Shown piece by piece: positions 49,078 through 57,472 of a stretch of 64,000 bases of DNA. The stretch is from Candidatus Thorarchaeota archaeon (lineage in GTDB: Archaea > Asgardarchaeota > Thorarchaeia > Thorarchaeales > Thorarchaeaceae), in assembly GCA_048882325.1 (NCBI GenBank), contig JBHLRS010000005.1, forward strand, positions 1-64,000, in the 5' to 3' direction. How positions within the stretch are numbered: position 1 is the first letter of the stretch; each line of letters opens with the position of its first letter. The notes beneath the pieces are model-generated. The model searched no databases, was not told where the DNA came from, and saw only the letters and a program-made list of their open reading frames with translations. The translations under genes and the position numbers were made by a program.

Positions 49078-50187
49078 TCAGTCATCCCAATCCATAGCTT
49101 CAAAGTCACGTAACTTCTTCCACTGAGCACCACCACTAACTGCGGCGATAACCAGTAGTGAAACTAGGAAGACTGCAAAGTTCTGATATGGATCAAAAGA
49201 GCCAGCAAGGAACCAGAACCAGATCGCCAGGAAAATAACCCACAGAAAAGCAAGTATAATGGCCCACCAGTTCTCAGGACCTTCGCCTCTACGGCGTGCC
49301 CAAGGTAGCCACATTCCAAGAAGGATTGCAGCAAAGACTGCAAATGAAATCAGAAGTATAGCTACATTTTGGTTACCTGTTAAAGCAAGACCTGGATCAC
49401 CTGCAAAGAACCACATCCAGATTATTATGAATAAGAGCCACAGAAGGAATAACCCTAGCGACCCTTTTGCACGGATTCCGCCTCCTGAAGTATCGCCGTC
49501 AATGCTAATCGTGATTTCTCTCCTCCAGGGAGCTATCGCGACGAGTACCATCAACAAGAATGAAGCTAGGATTATTGCGATGTTCTTGTATGGAAATATC
49601 GTGTAAATCTCGTTGACATCATTTGCAAAAGGTAGCCATAGCACCAAGAAGGTTAACCAACCTATACCACCAAGTGCGCTGATTCTGCCTCCACCCTCAT
49701 CACCATGAGATGGTACCCATAGTAGTACATTGATTGCTCCTATTATCAAAAGAGATGCAAGTGCAATACCAATGTTCTCATAGATACCAAAACCACTAGC
49801 AAAGAACACTATCCAGACAATCAAGAAGATAATCCAGATTACACCACTAATTGTGCTTGAGCGTGCTTTCCAACCTTCATCCAAAGGTATGTACATGACA
49901 GCGTTTGCGGCTATTGCAATCAGAAGAGCAATAAAAACAACTGCAACATTCTGAAAGAATTCATAGATACCCGCTTGGAAGAACAACCAGTAGATCAAAA
50001 ATGCCATCCATGCAATCATACTGCCAATCGAGAAATTCTGTTGGAGTTTCGACCTTCTGCGTCTTCTTCCGCTTCTTCGGGGTCTACGTCTAGCCGCTTC
50101 TTCTTCTTCAATTTCAGACTCCACTTTTTCGACATCATCAGGCATGTCTTCAGGTGGTGGAGTTTCATCTTCATCAATCGGTTTCAT
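49078..50187 (-). CDS. Polytopic membrane protein made of five helical-hairpin repeats
   Basis: Repeats FQNVAV / YENIGI / YKNIAI / NQNVAI / YQNFAV; acidic then Arg-rich N-terminus. Confidence 0.8.
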   Translation of the reverse strand: MKPIDEDETPPPEDMPDDVEKVESEIEEEEAARRRPRRSGRRRRRSKLQQNFSIGSMIAWMAFLIYWLFFQAGIYEFFQNVAVVFIALLIAIAANAVMYIPLDEGWKARSSTISGVIWIIFLIVWIVFFASGFGIYENIGIALASLLIIGAINVLLWVPSHGDEGGGRISALGGIGWLTFLVLWLPFANDVNEIYTIFPYKNIAIILASFLLMVLVAIAPWRREITISIDGDTSGGGIRAKGSLGLFLLWLLFIIIWMWFFAGDPGLALTGNQNVAILLISFAVFAAILLGMWLPWARRRGEGPENWWAIILAFLWVIFLAIWFWFLAGSFDPYQNFAVFLVSLLVIAAVSGGAQWKKLRDFEAMDWDD

Positions 50188-50279
50188 TACATCAAACCCA
50201 AATTCAACACATCATGACGTTGAAATGTTCTCCAAAGTCCTCTGCGTTGCGTCTTTCTACATACATCCAATCATTTCTG

Positions 50280-50324
50280 GTATATAAAGGAGTGTCACAA
50301 AATAGGGTCACATTATGTTACTAT
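50280..50324 (-). promoter_or_regulatory. TATA box plus GTCAC operator (copy 3 of 3)
   Basis: GTATATA-N9-CACAAAA-TAGGGTCACATTATGTTACTAT. Confidence 0.6.
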
Positions 50325-50415
50325 CGTGAACTCCGAAATCCATTGGTGACTGTTGTCTTAGCATATTTAACAATAGTTAAATATATATCCAATGAGCTGT
50401 TTTCTCAATTAGGAG

Positions 50416-50904
50416 ATGAAGCAAATGTCAGATGACGAAAAGATGACATTGAAGGAATTTCATACTAAGATAGCAAAGCAGACTAACAACGGGATATGGC
50501 CTACTCTGGATAACGAGAATCCAAGTGAAGAAGAACTTGAAGAAGCCATGCACATGGCGCACACAGCAAGATATCATTGGAGTAAAGTCGGAACAACAGT
50601 CAATGCAGTCAGAGCTGAATATATGCTCGCAAGAATCTACGCGCATATGGACCGGAGCGAGCCCGCGCTATTCCATGCAAACAGAGGGCTCGAGTTGGCG
50701 ACGGAGGCTGAGAAGACTGATGAGAATTGGAAGGACTGGGATATGCCTTTCATCTACGAAGCTCTCGCACGAGCTCATGCGGTGGCAGGGAACAAGAGTG
50801 AGTGCAAGAAGTGGGTAGAAAAAGCTCAGAAAGCCACTGATTCTGTTGAAGGGAAAGAAGACAGAGAGATTTGTCAAGGTGAGCTTGACAAGGTCAAGTG
50901 TTGA
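50416..50904 (+). CDS. Conserved hypothetical helical (TPR-like) protein
   Basis: AHTARYHW...RAEYMLARIY...YEALARA. Confidence 0.75.
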   Translation: MKQMSDDEKMTLKEFHTKIAKQTNNGIWPTLDNENPSEEELEEAMHMAHTARYHWSKVGTTVNAVRAEYMLARIYAHMDRSEPALFHANRGLELATEAEKTDENWKDWDMPFIYEALARAHAVAGNKSECKKWVEKAQKATDSVEGKEDREICQGELDKVKC

Positions 50905-50955
50905 ATTCTTTCGTAGACCGCAACTAGCATAAGATACGTAGGTTCTTGCACGCCC

Positions 50956-51861
50956 ATGCGAGAGCTTCCTTATGTCCAGACTAGTGTGTTTGTTGACGAC
51001 CGAATGTCTTTTGGTGGTAATCAGTTAGCCACTTATTGGAATTCCGCGGTGAATAGATCTCTGAGCCAGAGTGAGATGCAGGGAATGGCCTTGGAGATGA
51101 ACTTCTCGGAATCAACATTTCTAGAAGAATCAAAAGAGAAGAATTGTCTGTCCAAGGTTCGAATCTTTACTCCAGCCGCTGAAATTCCATTCGCTGGCCA
51201 TCCTACTCTAGGGACAGCTTTCGTTGTGAAGCATAAGGGACTTCTTGGAAGTGATAAGGAGAGTGCATTCCTGGAACTTGGTGTAGGACCAATTCGAGTT
51301 GATTATCTCGAGGATGACAACATTCGCATGGTCCAACCAAAGCCTGATTTTAGAAACATCGTTAATGACGTATCTAGAGTGTCCGAGGTCATTGGCATCG
51401 CTGAGGAAGACGTTGACCAAGATAGTCCAATTCAAATCGTCTCGACAGGATTTCCGTTCATCATAGTTCCGTTGAAGAGTATTTCAGCTGTCAAAAAAGC
51501 AGAACCAATACCCTCACTATTCGGTGAGAACCTCTCCAACCTCGAAACTCAACAAGTCCTGATATTCTCTACTGAAACCACACACACTGACTCTCATGTT
51601 CATGCCAGAATGTTTGGTCCAGATGTTGGTGTAGTTGAGGATCCAGCGACTGGAAGTGCTGCTGGGCCCTGTGGTGCCTACTTGGAGAAATATGAAATAC
51701 TCAGCAATCACAAAATAGGAGAGCTAATCTATATAGAACAAGGCTATGAGATGGAACGACCTAGTAGACTTGTTGTTCGAGTCCCTGACGATAGCTTCTC
51801 AGAGGTACAGGTTTCCGGGAAAGTCCGTCTTGTAGCTGAAGGAACGTTCTACCTACCCTGA
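50956..51861 (+). CDS. PhzF family isomerase
   Basis: GGNQLA, EMNFSESTF, RIFTP, FAGHPTLG, EDPATGSA, EQG. Confidence 0.93.
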   Translation: MRELPYVQTSVFVDDRMSFGGNQLATYWNSAVNRSLSQSEMQGMALEMNFSESTFLEESKEKNCLSKVRIFTPAAEIPFAGHPTLGTAFVVKHKGLLGSDKESAFLELGVGPIRVDYLEDDNIRMVQPKPDFRNIVNDVSRVSEVIGIAEEDVDQDSPIQIVSTGFPFIIVPLKSISAVKKAEPIPSLFGENLSNLETQQVLIFSTETTHTDSHVHARMFGPDVGVVEDPATGSAAGPCGAYLEKYEILSNHKIGELIYIEQGYEMERPSRLVVRVPDDSFSEVQVSGKVRLVAEGTFYLP

Positions 51862-52448
51862 TGTGTACAGAGCATATGGACCAAGAACGTACATATGTAG
51901 GAATTCAACAAATCTCCCCGGTGCTGCAGAGCTTGAGTACTAGGATACCTGTCTACAAAACCGTACTTGTAGGTGAGGGCGGGGTAGGCAAAACAAGCAT
52001 TGCAGTCAGATATACCGAAGATCGTTTTGATCAGAAGATGAAGATGACCATCGGTGTGAATTTTGCCACCAAGAAGGTTCGAGTTGGGGGAACTGACATA
52101 ACTTTGTTGATCTGGGACCTTGGGGGGCAACCTCGATTCCAAGATGTTATATCAGACTACTTTATCGGTTCGAAACTTGGTATAGCAGTTTATGATGTAA
52201 ATCGAATCTTTACACTTCATAAATTGAAGGACTGGATCTCACGAATTCACGGAACAGTACCAAACTGTGATATTTTCTTGGTTGGAAATAAGATAGATGA
52301 ACGCATAGAAGGGATGGGAGTACCTATAGAAGATGCAGAAGAATTCGCCGAGGAATTCAATGCTCAAGTTTTTGAAGTATCAGCAAAGACAGGCAAAGGT
52401 GTCTTTGAGTTGTTTGATAATGCTGGAAGGCTACTTGCTGATAGGTAA
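51861..52448 (+). CDS. Ras-superfamily (Rab-like) small GTPase
   Basis: GEGGVGKTS, TIGVNF, WDLGGQ, NKID, EVSAK; start overlaps the PhzF stop (TGATG). Confidence 0.93.
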   Translation: MCTEHMDQERTYVGIQQISPVLQSLSTRIPVYKTVLVGEGGVGKTSIAVRYTEDRFDQKMKMTIGVNFATKKVRVGGTDITLLIWDLGGQPRFQDVISDYFIGSKLGIAVYDVNRIFTLHKLKDWISRIHGTVPNCDIFLVGNKIDERIEGMGVPIEDAEEFAEEFNAQVFEVSAKTGKGVFELFDNAGRLLADR

Positions 52449-52487
52449 TATCCTCATCTTTTTATCCCGTCCATCAAAGAAACTCGT

Positions 52488-53222
52488 ATGCAGTTTGAGA
52501 GCGTGGTCATTCGCATCTTTGATGTTGACTTCATGCTGTTTGACCTGCTATTCACAGCCATCTGGATTTTCTTTCTCCTCAAGAAGGGATACATCAAGCC
52601 GTTAATCTTTGGTTTCTTTGGAATCTTGATAAACATGGTAGTGGACTATGGGATATGGTACAATGTTCAGGGAATCCGGACAATAGAGAACCTCCCCCTA
52701 TGGATGTCGCCATTCGCATTCTTTGTATACTTTTCAATTACGTATGGGATGATTGAGTACTCATATGTACAGGTGATGTTCTCAATCGATACAAAGAAAG
52801 AAAATGCGAGGTTGGAAATGCTTCGTTGGTCTCTGTTTCTGTCTGGAGGATGGCTTGTGTCTGGTCTGTTGTCATTCTTCATACCAGTAAATGACGCAGA
52901 AGTGACAGTTCAAAGGATTATGACAGGACAACGAATATACCAAGTGTATGGAATTATTGCAGAGTTTGTGCTGCTGGGGATTCTGGCTTACATGGGTAAG
53001 TACAATCTAAGTGCAAAGAAGATTCTGTATATTTTCTTAGTGGGTTTCTTCGTTCACTTCTCAATGGAACTAACGCTTTTACTTGCAGGGATACGGGTTC
53101 TCGATTGGTTCAATCTCATATTCAATAGTATTATCGAATTCAACACCGGTGCACCCATATTGTACCTTCTTCTATTTACAGTGATTCCGCGTATTGAAAT
53201 GAGATGGACCAAAGGAGATTAA
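52488..53222 (+). CDS. ~7-TM membrane protein of unknown function
   Basis: Seven hydrophobic segments; two segments end in GIR. Confidence 0.75.
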   Translation: MQFESVVIRIFDVDFMLFDLLFTAIWIFFLLKKGYIKPLIFGFFGILINMVVDYGIWYNVQGIRTIENLPLWMSPFAFFVYFSITYGMIEYSYVQVMFSIDTKKENARLEMLRWSLFLSGGWLVSGLLSFFIPVNDAEVTVQRIMTGQRIYQVYGIIAEFVLLGILAYMGKYNLSAKKILYIFLVGFFVHFSMELTLLLAGIRVLDWFNLIFNSIIEFNTGAPILYLLLFTVIPRIEMRWTKGD

Positions 53223-53226
53223 TGAG

Positions 53227-53661
53227 TTAGATTAGTGACTTCCGGAAAATTATCTCCCCGATGTCCCCTTCATTGATGCCACATATAATGCCTGATTCAA
53301 CGAAACCAACCGACCGATGCCAAGCCTGAGGTTCAGGTTCATTAGCCTGCGAAGAACTGTAAAGCGCGTCGTGACCTCGTCCTCTGAGGTAATCCTCAAG
53401 AAAGGAAAGAATCTTCTGACCTATACCCTCTCCACGATACGATTCAATCACCCAGATAACACCAATATAAGGAATGTTAGACCAAAGATACTCGAGTCTC
53501 AGGTAACCGATTGGTTGACCATCAAGTTCAGCAATAATGATCTCATCATTGACAATTTTGTGCCTGATTACCTGTTCAGTGACGTAATCATCATTAACAA
53601 CGCACCACTCTAGAAGCTCAGGTCCGGCAAACCTGACTATGACGCGCTCATTCACACTCAT
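53227..53661 (-). CDS. GNAT family N-acetyltransferase
   Basis: WVIESYRGEGIG, AWHRSVGF. Confidence 0.85.
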   Translation of the reverse strand: MSVNERVIVRFAGPELLEWCVVNDDYVTEQVIRHKIVNDEIIIAELDGQPIGYLRLEYLWSNIPYIGVIWVIESYRGEGIGQKILSFLEDYLRGRGHDALYSSSQANEPEPQAWHRSVGFVESGIICGINEGDIGEIIFRKSLI

Positions 53662-53723
53662 GTACACACGACCTCGATAGATTATCAGAGTCTTCAGCTG
53701 CTGAAGTATTTTCCGAATACCCA

Positions 53724-55112
53724 TTATGTTTCTAGTTCAGGTTCACTAGTTGCATATTCTTCCTTCAGCATATCAAAGTCAGGATCGATATCAACTTTGA
53801 AGAGCACTAACACTGATAGAAATATGAAAAGGGCGGCTATCGGGCCCCAGATATTGTAACCCAGTGATAGGGGATCTGCAAGGGGGTCACTTGGGACAGG
53901 AACAATCTTGGGCAATTCAAATATGAAACCCCACAAGAAGGCTGAGAAGGCATTCATTCCATTCAGAGGGATTGAAGGGAAGCTTGTATAGAAACCTGCT
54001 CGACCTTCTCCGGTTATGATTTCGTCTTTATGCGCAAAGTCTGCATAGACTATGTAAGGAAAGAGATAGTATCCTGCAACTCCAGCACCTACAAATGCAA
54101 GAAGAGTAAACCCACCGAACGATGTCGTAATGAAAAGTGTGAATGGAAGGGAGATTACAGTCAGCATCATTGAGAGTTGTAATGTGAACCGTTTACCTTT
54201 CTTCCTGATCGCAACTTGGTAAATGAGGAAGAAGATGACGACTACTGAAAGCAGCTCAACTCCAAAAATGATGAACTCAGTTACACCAAAAGTCAGGTAA
54301 TCATTGATGTAAGGAAAAGCTGTCCTCACAACCATTGAGATACCCACAGACAACAGACCCTGAGCTACAAGCCAACCAACGAAGTCGCGATTCTCGAGCG
54401 CTTTTCGGAGATCTTTTCTGATATTTGGTTGCGGAATGAACTTTCCTTCCTGATGAAGACCTCGAAGCGAGGGCAGGAATCCTAATAGCTGGATGGCAAT
54501 AAATGCCAAGATCATGTAAAGAATCTCAGGCGGTAGTCCCCATCCAAGAGACTCAACTGCTAGAAGAGCAGACCCAAAGGTGCCGATCACAAATCCTAGA
54601 AAGTTTGCGATATTCTGCCAAGATGAAACAGCAGGACGCTCCTCAGGTTCTGTGAGTTCAGGCATCCAAGATTGGAAAGGGGTCATGGTCATTCCGTAGA
54701 ACACTTTGAATAGACTCAAGGAGATCGTCGCATAGAAGAAGAGCCCAATCAAATTTCCTTCTGCGATGAAGAGATGAGGGCTGAAGACCAATAGGAATGA
54801 AGCCGCCATTAAAGGAGCTCCAACCATGACAAATGGTTTCCGCCGGCCCCATCGCTTTGTGGGGATTCTATCACTCAGGTTTCCAAAAGTTACTTCAGAG
54901 AAAATGATTGACAGGTAACTGAGGGCTATAGCAGTTCCTGTAAAGATTGCTGGTAGAGCTTGAATCGAGAAGTAGAACAATGTAGTTGAGAGGTCCAACA
55001 TGTCTAGCATCATACTTGGACCGAGTCTGGCCATTCCAAAGTAGACCTTCTGAAACCGTGTGAGCAATGTGATACCCCCATGCGGTGCAAATCGAATCGT
55101 TGCTAAAACCAT
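53724..55112 (-). CDS. MFS transporter, GPH/MelB-like
   Basis: GNLSDR...WGRRKPF, PELT..PEER; start may lie near 55064. Confidence 0.87.
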   Translation of the reverse strand: MVLATIRFAPHGGITLLTRFQKVYFGMARLGPSMMLDMLDLSTTLFYFSIQALPAIFTGTAIALSYLSIIFSEVTFGNLSDRIPTKRWGRRKPFVMVGAPLMAASFLLVFSPHLFIAEGNLIGLFFYATISLSLFKVFYGMTMTPFQSWMPELTEPEERPAVSSWQNIANFLGFVIGTFGSALLAVESLGWGLPPEILYMILAFIAIQLLGFLPSLRGLHQEGKFIPQPNIRKDLRKALENRDFVGWLVAQGLLSVGISMVVRTAFPYINDYLTFGVTEFIIFGVELLSVVVIFFLIYQVAIRKKGKRFTLQLSMMLTVISLPFTLFITTSFGGFTLLAFVGAGVAGYYLFPYIVYADFAHKDEIITGEGRAGFYTSFPSIPLNGMNAFSAFLWGFIFELPKIVPVPSDPLADPLSLGYNIWGPIAALFIFLSVLVLFKVDIDPDFDMLKEEYATSEPELET

Positions 55113-55228
55113 CTATTAAGTATCGTCATGTCTTCTCGGGACTTAATGAGAAAATGATATATTGTTCAGCTATGAATCCGCGGGAGATTCATTCAATCTC
55201 TGATAAGTGATGATGATTCCTTTGGTAA

Positions 55229-57310
55229 GTGGTTAGTATGCATCTGTATGGAAAAACTTGGGTTTTAATCATCTTCATGCTATGTATACTATGTACTTTT
55301 CCGAAAGTCACTTCAAATCTCGCTAATGTCACAATAGAGAGTTTTGAATCAACTGATAGCCCGAGTCTTGCTTACGTCGAACATGATCCAATAAACATTA
55401 CATCCGATTTGGACTTCAGCTCACAGAAAAACGTGGAAGGTTGGAGCGGTAACGGTAGTGCATCAAATCCCTACTTTATTGAGGGGTATAATATCACTTA
55501 CAGAGGATACAGTATAACAATCACAAACATTACATCACATTTCGTAATTCGAAACTGCTATCTCGCATCAAATCTGGGAATGGCACTATCAGATCCATAT
55601 GATGACGGTATTCAGTTAATCAATGTAGCAAATGGAGAAATTGTGAATAATACAATTCTCAATAACGGAGACGGAGGAATCTATGCTGAACTGTCTAACA
55701 TATCTGTGTCCAACAACACAATTATCGGAAATCGACTTGGAGTGATTTTTGTTAATTCATCAGGAAAAGTGTCCTCCAATAGAATTCAGGATTCAAGTGA
55801 ATACTCTTTATATTTCTTGGACTCAATACATTGCGACATTCGGAGTAACCGTTTCTTATCAGCTCCAATCAGTGAATGGTTGATTCAAAATTCCGCATAC
55901 ATCACAATTGAGGATAACACATTTCAGGCAACCAAAATCATTTTACGAGCTTGGAATACAACAGTTGCCTATAACAATCTCTCTTCGGGCTCAGCCATTG
56001 GGATTCAATTCTGTTCAAATGTTATTGTCGAGCATAATAATATCATCAATCCATCCTTAAATGCAATCGAAGTAGGTTACTCAAATCAAATCAGAGTAAC
56101 ATACAATACTATCCTTTCTGATATTCCTGTGTTCGATAACGGCATTATGGCGTTCGACTCAGATAATTGTCTTTATAGCGGAAACATCATATCGACATGT
56201 CTTAATGGTATCGATCTTGCGTATGCAAATTCATCTGTGGTCACATACAACTATATTGTTGGACAGCAAAACTATGGAATTAACATCTACGAAGGTTCTG
56301 AATATCTCATCTACGGAAACCTATTGACAAATGAAGGAATAGGACCTGCAAGAGACTCGAGTACTGACAGCCAATGGGACGATGGATCTCATATTGGCAA
56401 TTTTTGGGAGGCAATTAGTGATACGTTTGTAGAGATTCCAGGAAGTGCAGCAAGTGTAGATCGATTAGGACGGTCCATTGGACAAACAAATCTTACATTG
56501 CCTTTAGTCTATGAGTCTCCTATCATTAACATTATTGAGGAGGACAGAGCTGAGGTAAGATGGATTATATGGAGTAATCAAGGGACATATTCATTATATA
56601 GAAATGGATTTGAACTAGAAAGTCGAGATTGGGAAGGTTCTGGATTAATCTACTTTGAAATTGGCAACCTTCCCAATGGTTTCTACACCTACTCGATTCT
56701 GCTACAAGATTCTGTAAATGGAATTGTTTCAACCTTATACTCCATCGAGATTCCAAATCTGTGGTTTGTTGATTCTGATATGGACGGAATGCCAGATGAT
56801 TGGGAAATAGACAATAACTTGAATCCGTTCTTTGATGATGCAGGTTGGGACCATGATTCTGATGACCTGTTCAATATTGATGAGTATAGAATCGGTACTG
56901 ATCCTAGTAATCCAGATTCAGATTTTGACTCCATCTATGATGGTTGGGAGGTCCATTTCGGACTAGATCCATTGAATGCCTCCGACGCCTTGATGGATTT
57001 AGACTCAGACTCTTTGACGAATCTTCAGGAATTTGAGATTGGCACAGATCCCACAAATCCAGACAGCGATCTAGACAATTTCCCAGATGCCTGGGAGGTC
57101 AAGAACGGGTTTGATCCGACAAACCCAGCTGTGTCCTTCATGCAGTATTTTGTAGCTAGTGCAGCTTACATAGCCATTGCGTCATCGTTAGTGATTCTCT
57201 TGATGAGCATTCTCTATTTAGGAGTCTTTGATAAGCGCTCTCGGATGGACGCGCAGGTCAGGAAGGAAGAGGAGGATGAACAAGCAGCGTTAGAAGAACT
57301 GCTTGAATGA
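55229..57310 (+). CDS. Cell-surface protein: right-handed beta-helix (NosD/CASH), Ig-like domain, TSP3-like repeats, TM
   Basis: WSGNGSASNPYFIE, Asn-ladder repeats, GNFW, 5 DxDxDxxxDxxE repeats, C-terminal TM. Confidence 0.87.
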   Translation: MVSMHLYGKTWVLIIFMLCILCTFPKVTSNLANVTIESFESTDSPSLAYVEHDPINITSDLDFSSQKNVEGWSGNGSASNPYFIEGYNITYRGYSITITNITSHFVIRNCYLASNLGMALSDPYDDGIQLINVANGEIVNNTILNNGDGGIYAELSNISVSNNTIIGNRLGVIFVNSSGKVSSNRIQDSSEYSLYFLDSIHCDIRSNRFLSAPISEWLIQNSAYITIEDNTFQATKIILRAWNTTVAYNNLSSGSAIGIQFCSNVIVEHNNIINPSLNAIEVGYSNQIRVTYNTILSDIPVFDNGIMAFDSDNCLYSGNIISTCLNGIDLAYANSSVVTYNYIVGQQNYGINIYEGSEYLIYGNLLTNEGIGPARDSSTDSQWDDGSHIGNFWEAISDTFVEIPGSAASVDRLGRSIGQTNLTLPLVYESPIINIIEEDRAEVRWIIWSNQGTYSLYRNGFELESRDWEGSGLIYFEIGNLPNGFYTYSILLQDSVNGIVSTLYSIEIPNLWFVDSDMDGMPDDWEIDNNLNPFFDDAGWDHDSDDLFNIDEYRIGTDPSNPDSDFDSIYDGWEVHFGLDPLNASDALMDLDSDSLTNLQEFEIGTDPTNPDSDLDNFPDAWEVKNGFDPTNPAVSFMQYFVASAAYIAIASSLVILLMSILYLGVFDKRSRMDAQVRKEEEDEQAALEELLE

Positions 57311-57472
57311 CTTGTTCCTGAAATCTTGACCCTTGTACTGCTTTGGATCCTTGCCAAAGGTCTCTTTACAATAAGGATTGCAGGAATAGTACGTCTTCCC
57401 CTCGTAACCACTAACGAGTATGGCTGTGGCCACATCCTCGTTGCAGATTGGGTCAACCGCAACTTCAGGAAT
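57290..57472 (-). pseudogene. Cryptic second YHS domain in frame beyond the copA TAG
   Basis: IPEVAVDPICNEDVATAILVSGYEGKTYYSCNPYCKETFGKDPKQYK...*. Confidence 0.8.

Noticed and set aside
52488-53222. Rhodopsin or GPCR
   Set aside because: No retinal-binding Lys in helix 7 and no recognisable motifs
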